From Gemmatimonadota bacterium (lineage in GTDB: Bacteria; Gemmatimonadota; Gemmatimonadetes; Gemmatimonadales; GWC2-71-9), in NCBI GenBank assembly GCA_039586365.1, contig JBDHKN010000001.1:160001-224000 (forward strand): a stretch of DNA of 64,000 bases, written 5' to 3'. Position numbers and translations under genes: made by a program. This document shows, piece by piece, positions 1-8,190 of the stretch. Below the pieces are notes generated by a model. The model did no database searches. It had not been told where the DNA came from and worked only from the letters and a program-made list of their open reading frames with translations. Positions within the stretch are counted from its first letter, which is position 1; every line of letters starts with the position of its first letter.

Positions 1-124
1 TGCAGTTGGAGCTGGGCAGTCCTGTCACTCGCCAACTGCTGGAGGCAGTGTGCGTGTGGGTGCATCCTGAAACCGGCGAACGTTTCGCCGGGAGTTTCAA
101 AATGGCTCCAACCGGGCAAGTGTG

Positions 125-2389
125 ATGCGGCGAAGAGAGTTCATACGTATCGGCTCCGGAGCCGCTGGAGCGATGCTCATGGGAGGCCTAGCAAGCGATT
201 GGTTCAACCTGTACGGCAATCCCCTTCCCGATCCAGGTACTGACGGTGATCGCATAATCCCGTCCTTCTGCGAACTCTGCTTTTGGAAGTGCGGGATATT
301 GGCTCACGTCAAGAACGGACGTGTCACCAAGATCAAAGGCAATCCCAAAGATCCACTCTCGCACGGTCATCTCTGCCCGCGCGGAGCCGGAGGAACAGGG
401 CTGCTGTACGATCCGGATCGTCTGAAGAAACCACTGATCAGGGTGAGTAAACGCGGTGGCCAGGAGTTCGAGGAAGTCACGTGGGATGCGGCGCTCAACG
501 AGGTGGCCGAGAATTTCGAGCGCATCAAGGGGCTGTATGGTGCGTCTGCCTTGGCGCTGTTCTCGCACGGTTACGGCGGCAACTGGATGAAGCACCTATT
601 CAAAGCCTATGGCTCACCCAACATCGCCGCCCCGTCATATGCGCAGTGCCGCGGCCCCAGGGAAGTCGGCTTCGATTTGACTTTCGGATCGGGAGTTGGG
701 TCTCCGGAGGTCACTGACATGGCCAACAGCCGGTGCGTCGTGCTCATCGGCAGCCACCTGGGCGAGAACATGCATAACACTCAGGTTCAGGACTTCGCCC
801 AGGCGATTCGCAATCGTGCGGACATTATCGCTGTCGATCCGCGGTTTTCTGTCGCCGCATCCAAAGCCAACTATTGGCTACCCGTCAAACCTGGAACGGA
901 CATCGCATTGCTGCTCGCTTGGATGAATGTGATGGTGGGGGAGGGCTTATACGACAGAGAGTACGTCGAGGGGTACACAGTAGGGTTCGAGCAACTGAAG
1001 GCACACGTCGAACCGTACACACCAGAGTGGGCCTACCCTAGGACAGGACTCGAGCCGGAGTTGATTCGGCGGACAGCGCGCGTGATGGCCGCTGCGAAGC
1101 CAGCCACCTTGATCCACCCAGGCAGACACGTAACCTGGTACGGCAATGACACCCAACGGTCTCGAGCGATCGCAATCTTGAACGCACTCCTCGGGTCGTG
1201 GGGTCGCAAAGGTGGGTTCTACATTCCGTCTCAGGTGGAGCTACCCCCTTACAGGTATCCGGGCTATCGGGCGCCGGAGGGCGAGGCAGCGGATCGCCCC
1301 CAACCGAGCGACTACCCCCTGGGTGATGAGGTGCTAGCGCAGGGTGTTTGCGAAGCGACAATCCCGGGCGTGCGAGAGGAATCCGGCATCAAGGGCTGGA
1401 TGGTGTACGGCTCAAACCTGCCGACAACCCTGCCCAATCCCAAGCAGACGTACCAGGCAATCCAAGAACTTGAGTTCTTGGTGACAGTGGACGTGTTGCC
1501 GGCGGAGATCGCTGGCTGGTCGGACGTGGTCCTTCCCGAAGCAACCTACTTGGAGCGGTGTGACGAACTGTTAGCCCCAAGCTATCGGCAGCCCTACATC
1601 GCGGTACGTCAGGAGGTAGTTCCACCGATGTACGACAGCAAGCCCGGTTGGTGGATAGGGCGCGAACTTGGGAAGCGGATAGGGCTTCCCGAGTTTTTTC
1701 CGTGGACAGATTCGATCGAGTATGCCCAGACGCGGCTGCACGAAGCTGGGTACGACTGTGAGGAACTCCAGCGTGATGGCGTCATACTTGGGCCGCCGCA
1801 ACCGCTCTACTTTGAGGAGGGAGCTGCACCGGAGTTCTACACCGACTCTGGGAAGATCGAACTGTACTCCGCACGGCTTGCGAGCTACGGCTTCGATCCC
1901 ATGCCGACGTATCACGAAGCTGAAGTTGAGGAACCACCGACAGGATACTACCGACTGCTCTTCGGTCGGGCCCCGAGCCATACGTTCGGTCGTACGACCA
2001 ACAACCGGTTGTTGTCAGAGGTCTACTCAGAAAACACCGTTTGGGTAAACGGTGCCGTCGCTGGGAAGTGGGGCCTGCAGGACGGTGACCGAGTCTATCT
2101 CCAAAACCAGGACGGAGTGCGCTCATCCTTCTCAGGCCCCGTGAAAGTAACTGAGCGGATTCGTCCCGACGCCGTTTACCTGGTGCACGGCTACGGCCGC
2201 AAGGCGAGAAAACTACGCTTCGTTTACGGCAAGGGTATCGACGACAACGAGCTGATCACACGCTACAAGACAGATCCAGTCATGGGTGGGACCGGAATGA
2301 ACGTGAACTTTGTGACGTTCTTGCGGGCGAGTGAAGTGGATGCGGAACTCGCCGCGCCGGCTGCTGAGACAGAGGTGGAGAATGGTTGA
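125..2389 (+). CDS. psrA: Molybdopterin oxidoreductase catalytic subunit, PsrA/PhsA (polysulfide/thiosulfate reductase) type, Tat-exported
   Basis: Twin-arginine signal MRRREFIR; [4Fe-4S] motif CELCFWKCG...LCPRG; probable Mo-ligand Cys in SYAQCRG; C-terminal molybdopterin-dinucleotide-binding domain; followed by Fe-S and NrfD-type subunits. ATG at 125 (GTG at 122 is an alternative). Confidence 0.88.
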   Translation: MRRREFIRIGSGAAGAMLMGGLASDWFNLYGNPLPDPGTDGDRIIPSFCELCFWKCGILAHVKNGRVTKIKGNPKDPLSHGHLCPRGAGGTGLLYDPDRLKKPLIRVSKRGGQEFEEVTWDAALNEVAENFERIKGLYGASALALFSHGYGGNWMKHLFKAYGSPNIAAPSYAQCRGPREVGFDLTFGSGVGSPEVTDMANSRCVVLIGSHLGENMHNTQVQDFAQAIRNRADIIAVDPRFSVAASKANYWLPVKPGTDIALLLAWMNVMVGEGLYDREYVEGYTVGFEQLKAHVEPYTPEWAYPRTGLEPELIRRTARVMAAAKPATLIHPGRHVTWYGNDTQRSRAIAILNALLGSWGRKGGFYIPSQVELPPYRYPGYRAPEGEAADRPQPSDYPLGDEVLAQGVCEATIPGVREESGIKGWMVYGSNLPTTLPNPKQTYQAIQELEFLVTVDVLPAEIAGWSDVVLPEATYLERCDELLAPSYRQPYIAVRQEVVPPMYDSKPGWWIGRELGKRIGLPEFFPWTDSIEYAQTRLHEAGYDCEELQRDGVILGPPQPLYFEEGAAPEFYTDSGKIELYSARLASYGFDPMPTYHEAEVEEPPTGYYRLLFGRAPSHTFGRTTNNRLLSEVYSENTVWVNGAVAGKWGLQDGDRVYLQNQDGVRSSFSGPVKVTERIRPDAVYLVHGYGRKARKLRFVYGKGIDDNELITRYKTDPVMGGTGMNVNFVTFLRASEVDAELAAPAAETEVENG

Positions 2390-2930
2390 GAAGCAGTATG
2401 CGATGGTGGTAGACACTCGCACCTGTGTGGGTTGTGGTGCGTGTGTGATCGGCTGCAAGACCGAGAACAGTGTGGCGCAGGGCTACGCGCGGGACTGGGT
2501 GGTCACTGAGACTGCGGGTACCTACCCGTTCCTACAGATGAACGTCAGGTCTGAGCGGTGCAACCATTGTGAAGACGCGCCGTGCGTGACTGTTTGCCCG
2601 ACCGGCGCCTCACACTACGGCCCAGGTCGTACCGTCCAAGTGAACCAGGCCAAGTGTTCGGGTTGCAAGGCGTGCATTGCTGCATGCCCGTACGGTGCCC
2701 GCTTCATCGATCCCCAACTGGGAGCCGTTGATAAGTGCACGTTCTGCGTCCACAGGATCGAGGACGGTATCCCGACCACTTCGTGTCAGGAGATCTGTCC
2801 GACACAGAGCATCTACTTCGGTGATCTGAGTGACACGAACAGCCAAGTCTCCCGGCTCTTGGCCACGCGCGACCACTATACGTTGCTGCCTGACGCTGGG
2901 ACGAAGCCCAAGCACTTCTACGTGAGGTGA
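2382..2930 (+). CDS. psrB: 4x[4Fe-4S] electron-transfer subunit (PsrB/NrfC/DmsB family)
   Basis: CVGCGAC, CNHCEDAPCVTVCP, CSGCKACIAACP and KCTFC...CQEICP motifs; ATG at 2382 after GAGGTGGAG, overlapping the end of psrA. Confidence 0.9.
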   Translation: MVEKQYAMVVDTRTCVGCGACVIGCKTENSVAQGYARDWVVTETAGTYPFLQMNVRSERCNHCEDAPCVTVCPTGASHYGPGRTVQVNQAKCSGCKACIAACPYGARFIDPQLGAVDKCTFCVHRIEDGIPTTSCQEICPTQSIYFGDLSDTNSQVSRLLATRDHYTLLPDAGTKPKHFYVR

Positions 2931-2940
2931 GTAGGCTACC

Positions 2941-3903
2941 ATGAATGAGATCACGACGACGCGACACAATCCTTTGATTGACCCAGTGCTTCACGTGTGG
3001 CATGGCGAGGTCGCGCTGTATTTGTTTCTCGGCGGCGTAGTGGCGGGGATAATGGTGCTCTCCGGGATGTGGCTGCTCCGCAGGCCTATTCCTGAACGCT
3101 CCCGCGCCCTGTCATTCTTGCCGTGGGCCAGTCCGGCACTCCTTTCGGTGGGCATGTTCTTTCTCTGGCTAGACTTGGAACATCCGTGGAATGCCTACCG
3201 CTTCTACCTGGCCTTTCGAGCGAGCTCTCCCATGTCTTGGGGCGCCTGGATTCTGATTGCCATCTACCCCGCTTCGGTTCTGCTAGCTTGAACGGGTTCT
3301 CCGCCGGACTTCCGCCAGCGCTGGGAACAGCGCTTAGCGTTGCTTCCGCCGGTTGCACGGCTTGGTCGCTGGGCGGTTCAACACGTCCGACAGCTTGCGC
3401 TAATCAACGTGCTGACCGGCGCTGCCCTCGGCCTCTACACAGGTGTTCTCCTGGGGACGATGGCCGCGCGCCCACTGTGGAATTCTGCGATCCTCGGCCC
3501 ACTGTTCCTCGTGTCCGGTCTCTCCACGGGGGCGGCCTTTCTTCTCCTGTATCGCCTTGGCGATCAGGAGCGCATTCTGCTGGGCAGGGTCGATATGGGG
3601 TTGATTGTTGCTGAATTGTGCTTGCTCGCGCTCTGGCTGATCGGCCTTGCAAGTGGTGGCATCGCTGCCAGAGCGGCCGTTTCCATCTTCTTCGGAGGGT
3701 CGTACACGGCGGCGTTTTGGACGCTGGTAGTGGCTCTGGGACTCGTCACACCATTGATCGGAGAGTGGATCGAGCATCGCAATCGCGTCGTCCCAGGCCG
3801 CGCCATCGCCATACTGGTTCTGGTCGGTGGCTTCGCACTGCGTTGGATCGTGGTCTTTGCCGGCCAGCATGCACGGTGGGTTGGCGAAGTCGCATTGCGA
3901 TAA
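2941..3903 (+). CDS. psrC: NrfD/PsrC-family membrane anchor (quinol-oxidising subunit), interrupted by one in-frame TGA at 3289-3291
   Basis: ORFs 2941-3291 and 3340-3903 share a frame. The intervening codons are open (TGSPPDFRQRWEQRLA). Joined, they give a 320-codon protein with NrfD motifs YLFLGG, LDLEHP, SPMSWG, YTGVLL, RPLWNS and GGFALR. Confidence 0.85.
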
Positions 3904-3918
3904 GAGGAAGAGAATCTC

Positions 3919-4431
3919 ATGACTGCAAGACCATACTGGAATCCGTATCTCGCCGGCGCGCTATTGGGACTGGCCCTGCTGGGCGCATTCCTGATTGCCG
4001 GACAAGGGCTAGGCGCCAGTGCGTTTCCCAAGAGGGTACTGGCCGTGGCAGGTAGCGAGGTAGCGCCGCAGTGGACGGCGCGGAATCCATCGCTTGGCCA
4101 ATACGTGGAAGATGACTCCAACCCGCTGCGAAACTGGCTCGTAGTTGAGGTGATTGGTGTGGTGTTGGGTGGGTTAATCGGCGCCCTCAGCGCCGGACGG
4201 CTCAAGGCCACCGTTGAGAAGGGTCCCAACATCTCGGTGAGGGGAAGGCTAGGCTATGCCTTGGGTGGTGGGATCATCATGGGGTTTGCAGCGGCGCTGG
4301 CCCGGGGCTGCACTTCCGGGCAGGCTCTCAGCGGCGGTGCCCTACTGGCGACCGGTAGTTGGATCTTCATGATGATGTTCTTTGCCGGGGCCTATGCGTT
4401 CGCGTACGTGGTTAGGAGGCAATGGCTATGA
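3919..4431 (+). CDS. YeeE/YedE-family sulfur-compound (thiosulfate) transporter component
   Basis: WNPYLAG start, hydrophobic helices, LARGCTSGQALSG motif with the conserved Cys. Confidence 0.85.
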   Translation: MTARPYWNPYLAGALLGLALLGAFLIAGQGLGASAFPKRVLAVAGSEVAPQWTARNPSLGQYVEDDSNPLRNWLVVEVIGVVLGGLIGALSAGRLKATVEKGPNISVRGRLGYALGGGIIMGFAAALARGCTSGQALSGGALLATGSWIFMMMFFAGAYAFAYVVRRQWL

Positions 4432-5624
4432 GTGACGCGGTCTTCCCAATCGTCTTTGCTTCAGAGGAAGCACGTCTCCTTACGGCAATCTTACTGGGAT
4501 TCCTGTTTGGGTTTGCCCTCGAACGAGCCGGTTTTGGCAACGCGCGCAAGCTCGTCGGTCAATTCTATCTGCACGACATGACGGTTTTCAAGGTGATGTT
4601 CACTGCCGTGTTGGTGGCGACGGTTGGACTCTATTCGTTGTCCGCCTTCGGGTTCTTGGATATGTCGCGCATGTGGGTCAACCCGACCTTTGTTTGGGCC
4701 CAGTTGATCGGCGGATTCATGTTGGGGATCGGGTTCATCATGAGTGGCCTGTGTCCGGGCACGTCTGTAGTATCGGCCGCCTCCGGACGATGGGATGGAC
4801 TGGTGACGTTCGCTGGGATGTTCGTCGGTTCGTTCGCCTTCGCATTGTTCAGCGATTGGTTCCCGATCCTGGTGCGGCTGTACGAAGGTGGTTCCCTCGG
4901 TGTGTCAATGCTGCCACAACTCCTGGGACTATCTGTCCCATGGTTCATCCTGGGAGTCGTGCTTCTTGCAGGCGCAGCGTTCGTTGGTGCTGAGAGGGTC
5001 GAGCAGATCTTCCAGCGGGAGCAGCGGCCAGTAGAACTGACACCTGAACCCACTCGCCGTGCGCGGCGGTACAAATTCGGTCTGGCCGGTAGCCTAGCAT
5101 TGGTGGCATTGGTGGCCTCGGGAGCGTCAGCACCGCGCGTCGAGCAACCGCAGGTCCGGGCGGTGGAGATCGCACCGCTCGAGCTGGCTGAGGCGATCAT
5201 TGCCAAGAACCCCGGGCTGCTGATTCTGGACCTCCGCAGTCAGACCGATTCGCCGGGCTTGGTGATACCTGGTGCAATACCGATCGGCCCCGACCATACA
5301 GCCGTACAGTATCTGCAAGGAGCTGCGCCTGAGACGGTTGTGGTGCTCTGCGACGAAACTGGGACCATGGCCACCGTGCCGACCGAGTGGCCGCAGAAGC
5401 TCGACTACCGGATCGTGGCCGGCGGTATTGAGGGCTGGCGAGCTGAGGTGTTGACTCCGATCCAAGCCATCAGCTCGGCACTAGCAGAACGGGAATTTGT
5501 GGCTCGGCAGAACCAGATTGCGGGCTTCTTCTCCGGGGCGGCGGTACGCCCAGCGGCGGTGAGTGCTCCGCCGGTGGTGAGCACTCTCGGTCCGAAGAAG
5601 AAAAAGAAATCGATGGGTTGCTGA
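4428..5624 (+). CDS. YeeE/YedE-family membrane protein fused to a C-terminal rhodanese-like domain
   Basis: GFLFGFALERAGF and GLCPGTS YeeE motifs; C-terminal ILDLR...IPGA...LCDETG...GGIEGW rhodanese-like pattern; ATGA overlap with the upstream gene; ends KKKKKSMGC. Confidence 0.8.
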   Translation: MSDAVFPIVFASEEARLLTAILLGFLFGFALERAGFGNARKLVGQFYLHDMTVFKVMFTAVLVATVGLYSLSAFGFLDMSRMWVNPTFVWAQLIGGFMLGIGFIMSGLCPGTSVVSAASGRWDGLVTFAGMFVGSFAFALFSDWFPILVRLYEGGSLGVSMLPQLLGLSVPWFILGVVLLAGAAFVGAERVEQIFQREQRPVELTPEPTRRARRYKFGLAGSLALVALVASGASAPRVEQPQVRAVEIAPLELAEAIIAKNPGLLILDLRSQTDSPGLVIPGAIPIGPDHTAVQYLQGAAPETVVVLCDETGTMATVPTEWPQKLDYRIVAGGIEGWRAEVLTPIQAISSALAEREFVARQNQIAGFFSGAAVRPAAVSAPPVVSTLGPKKKKKSMGC

Positions 5625-5633
5625 CCCTGGGAG

Positions 5634-6458
5634 CTAGCTCGCTGGTTTCCTGGCTCTGATGAAGGCGCTCATGAACCGACCGTCTATCTGAGATGCTACT
5701 GACTCTACATCCAGACCGGCCCCTGAGAGGAAAGTCCTGGCGTCGTCCACGCTGTAGATGCGTGTGGGTTCAATGGCGGCGTCTTGGAAGCCTACCTCTT
5801 GCAGAAGCCGCTCGAATTCGGACTCCTCAAGAGCGCCGGCTATGCAGCCCGTCCACAGTTCCACACTCTGCCTAATGTCTTGCGGCACCTCACCTCGAAC
5901 GACTACGTCCGATACGGCGAACCTGCCGCCCGGCCTAAGCACCCTGTAGGCCTCGCGCAACGCCCGCTGCTTGTCGGCGGAGAGGTTAATCACGCAGTTG
6001 GAGATCACGACGTCGACTGAGTTGTCGGGCAGTGGGATTGCCTCGATCTCACCCTTGAGAAACTCTACATTTCGGATGCCTGCCGCGGCAGCGTTTCTTC
6101 GGGCGAGCTCGAGCATCTCGTCGGTCATGTCCAGACCGTAGGCCTTGCCCTGGGGGCCAACGCGGCGTGCGGAGAGTAGCACATCGATCCCGCCGCCCGA
6201 TCCAAGGTCAAGCACTGCTTCACCGGGGGACAACTGAGCCAGCGCCGTGGGATTGCCGCACCCAAGTGACGCAACAACGGCGGGCTTCGGGAGGCCGTCG
6301 GCTTCCTCTGCGCTATAAAGATCCGTTGTGATCGGATCACAGCAGTGACTGCCTGTAGCTGAACCACAGCACGAGTTGGATTGACCGCGCTCGATGCGCG
6401 CTGCGGCGTGTCCGTACTTCTCTCTAACGAAGTCCCTGACCTCTTGTTCTCTTCTCAT
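5634..6458 (-). CDS. arsM: Arsenite S-adenosylmethionine methyltransferase
   Basis: SLGCGNP, LDLGSGGGID, SNCVINL and WTGCIAGA motifs plus N-terminal CC pairs; start moved to ATG 6458, just after the arsR stop. Confidence 0.9.
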   Translation of the reverse strand: MRREQEVRDFVREKYGHAAARIERGQSNSCCGSATGSHCCDPITTDLYSAEEADGLPKPAVVASLGCGNPTALAQLSPGEAVLDLGSGGGIDVLLSARRVGPQGKAYGLDMTDEMLELARRNAAAAGIRNVEFLKGEIEAIPLPDNSVDVVISNCVINLSADKQRALREAYRVLRPGGRFAVSDVVVRGEVPQDIRQSVELWTGCIAGALEESEFERLLQEVGFQDAAIEPTRIYSVDDARTFLSGAGLDVESVASQIDGRFMSAFIRARKPAS

Positions 6459-6462
6459 GTCA

Positions 6463-6807
6463 CTAATAGCAAGGTGTATGGGTTGGTGCTGCCTCGATGC
6501 AGCAGTCGGCAAACTGTTCTGCCGACGGGGTTGGCTGCAGGAAATTGCTCACTTGTTCAAGCACGTTGCAGCAGGCCCTGTAGAACACCCAACGGCCCTT
6601 CCGGCGAGCGTGGATGAGGCCAGCGTTTCTCAAGGTCTTGAGGTGGAACGACAGAAGCGGTTGACCAGCTCCCAGCGCGTCTTTGATCTCGCATTGACAA
6701 CGCTCGCCATCACCGAGCAGCACCAGTATCCGGAGGCGGGTCTCGTCCGATAAGGCTCGGAGACGGCTCGCGAGAAAGCCACATTGCTCAGATCTCAGGG
6801 AACGCAC
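6463..6807 (-). CDS. arsR: ArsR/SmtB-family metalloregulatory repressor
   Basis: ALSDETRLRIL, ERCQCEI, LSFHLKTL and RKGRWVFY winged-HTH motifs; extra CC pairs near the C-terminus. Confidence 0.88.
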   Translation of the reverse strand: MRSLRSEQCGFLASRLRALSDETRLRILVLLGDGERCQCEIKDALGAGQPLLSFHLKTLRNAGLIHARRKGRWVFYRACCNVLEQVSNFLQPTPSAEQFADCCIEAAPTHTPCY

Positions 6808-6813
6808 ACCAGC

Positions 6814-6841
6814 AATATATCAATGACTTTTGATATGTCAA
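6814..6841 (-). promoter_or_regulatory. Sigma70-type promoter of arsR-arsM with overlapping ArsR-type operator
   Basis: Minus-strand TTGACA (6841-6836), 16 nt, TATATT (6819-6814); inverted repeat ATATCAA-N6-TTGATAT at 6817-6836. Confidence 0.75.
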
Positions 6842-7095
6842 TCCAAACAATACGACGGGACCAGTTGTTCTTCCCTTGATCCCGCGGTGGAGCGATCCAG
6901 TTCTCCGAAGCCGCACTGCCGTTCAATCCGCAAGAAATGCTGTGCGACCTGCAGCCGAGCCCGGTAACTCCTTCCAAATCAACGTCATAGCAGTCGCTGA
7001 TTCATGGTGCATGTGCAATAGGAACATCTGGGAGAGGACGTGGAAAGTGGGGCCATGGGGTGGAGAACCGTGCCAAAGTGCAATCGAGTTATTAA

Positions 7096-7124
7096 TTTAT
7101 TTATTATAATTGGTCATAAATAAA
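7096..7124 (+). promoter_or_regulatory. AT-rich promoter/operator upstream of the HTH gene
   Basis: TTTATTTAT-N11-ATAAATAAA inverted repeat enclosing TATAAT (7105-7110). Confidence 0.55.
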
Positions 7125-7146
7125 ATAAACTAAAGGCTCCCCCAGC

Positions 7147-7812
7147 TTGCGTAGACAGCACCGGCCGGGTCGCCCACGACAACCGCTTCCCGAGCCAAGA
7201 CATGCGCTCACGAAACGGGTTCGGCTTCTCATCGATAGGGCCCATGGCGGAAACCTCAGCGATGCCAGCCGGCTGACCGGAATCTCCTATCCAGCGCTGC
7301 GAGATCTCTACGTTGGTAAGGTGATAGGGCCCAGTCTCAGGACATTGGACGCCCTGAAGTCACCGTACGGTGTTGACCTCGGGTGGCTGACAGAAGGAGG
7401 GGCTTCCGATGCCATCGCAATACTCGGTCGGGTCGGGCCGGTGCCGCCGGGACCGGGGGGGGAAAGCACCGGGAGCCGGGCGCTGCGTGAAGTTTTGATC
7501 CCGTTCCTTGCTTGGCCCATGTATGAATTGTTTGCAGCCACTGAGAGGCGCCTGAATGAGCAGGCTCCACGCCCAGACCGACCGATAGTGGGAGAGGCAA
7601 CTGGGGACGCCTTCTCTTTTCGGCTCACAACCTTCTTGCTGCAACCGTTGCTGGCGGCAGAGAAACTTGGTAGCAGCGCCGCAATCCTCACGTTAGGGAG
7701 CTACACGGACGAAGCAACACCGGCTGCGGAGCGGGAACAGTGGATCGCAGGGCTGAGGCATCTGGGCGGCTTTTGGAGTGCCGTTCTTCCCGAGACTCTG
7801 ATTCGAGCGTGA
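7147..7812 (+). CDS. Putative XRE/Cro-like helix-turn-helix protein with unknown C-terminal domain
   Basis: GNLSDASRLTGISYPALRDL...PSLRTLDAL...YGVDLGWLTEG resembles an XRE HTH; start uncertain. Confidence 0.6.
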   Translation: MRRQHRPGRPRQPLPEPRHALTKRVRLLIDRAHGGNLSDASRLTGISYPALRDLYVGKVIGPSLRTLDALKSPYGVDLGWLTEGGASDAIAILGRVGPVPPGPGGESTGSRALREVLIPFLAWPMYELFAATERRLNEQAPRPDRPIVGEATGDAFSFRLTTFLLQPLLAAEKLGSSAAILTLGSYTDEATPAAEREQWIAGLRHLGGFWSAVLPETLIRA

Positions 7813-7891
7813 TATTTCAGTCGGTGGCATGCGGTTGGTAGTGGTGAGTTCTTGTCTCTGCTGCCGTCCGGAACGCAGAGGTTGTGGCTTG

Positions 7892-8081
7892 GTCACTGGT
7901 TCGGAGGATTTCGCCTTCTTTGCTGATCTAATACCCGGGCTGTACTTCACTCTGGGTGTTACCCCCTCAAACGCAGATCCCGATACAGTAGCTGTCCAAC
8001 CACTCGCCGCACCTCTGTGCAGATGAGAGGGCACTCGTAATCGGGGTTCGGGCCCTTGCGAACCTGGCGGTCGACTAACTG
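7892..8081 (+). pseudogene. Relic of the C-terminus of an M20 amidohydrolase
   Basis: VTGSEDFAFF...PGLYFTLG in one frame; after a shift near 7994, SNHSPHLCADERALVIGVRALANLAVD*L; no N-terminal part. Confidence 0.7.
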
Positions 8082-8190
8082 TGGACTTCGGCGACTACGG
8101 AACGATAGGAGGGCGAGGTATAGGCGCACACGACAACGCGACCGTGGCCCCGACACCGCACTCCACGTAGTAGCGGCGGCTCGAACCAGG

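Noticed and set aside
2941..3903. Genome-wide reassignment of TGA (genetic code 4 or 25) as the explanation for the psrC stop
   Set aside because: Many intact genes here end at TGA at the expected family C-terminus, several in ATGA overlaps, and Trp is encoded by TGG throughout
5616..5702. Gly-Cys-TGA at the end of the YeeE-rhodanese gene read as a Gly-Cys-Sec motif
   Set aside because: Readthrough would run antisense into arsM, and I see no convincing hairpin after this TGA; a terminal Cys is the simpler reading
6463..6512. Longer arsM N-terminus given by the ORF track
   Set aside because: It overlaps the arsR 3' end; ATG 6458 directly after the arsR stop fits better
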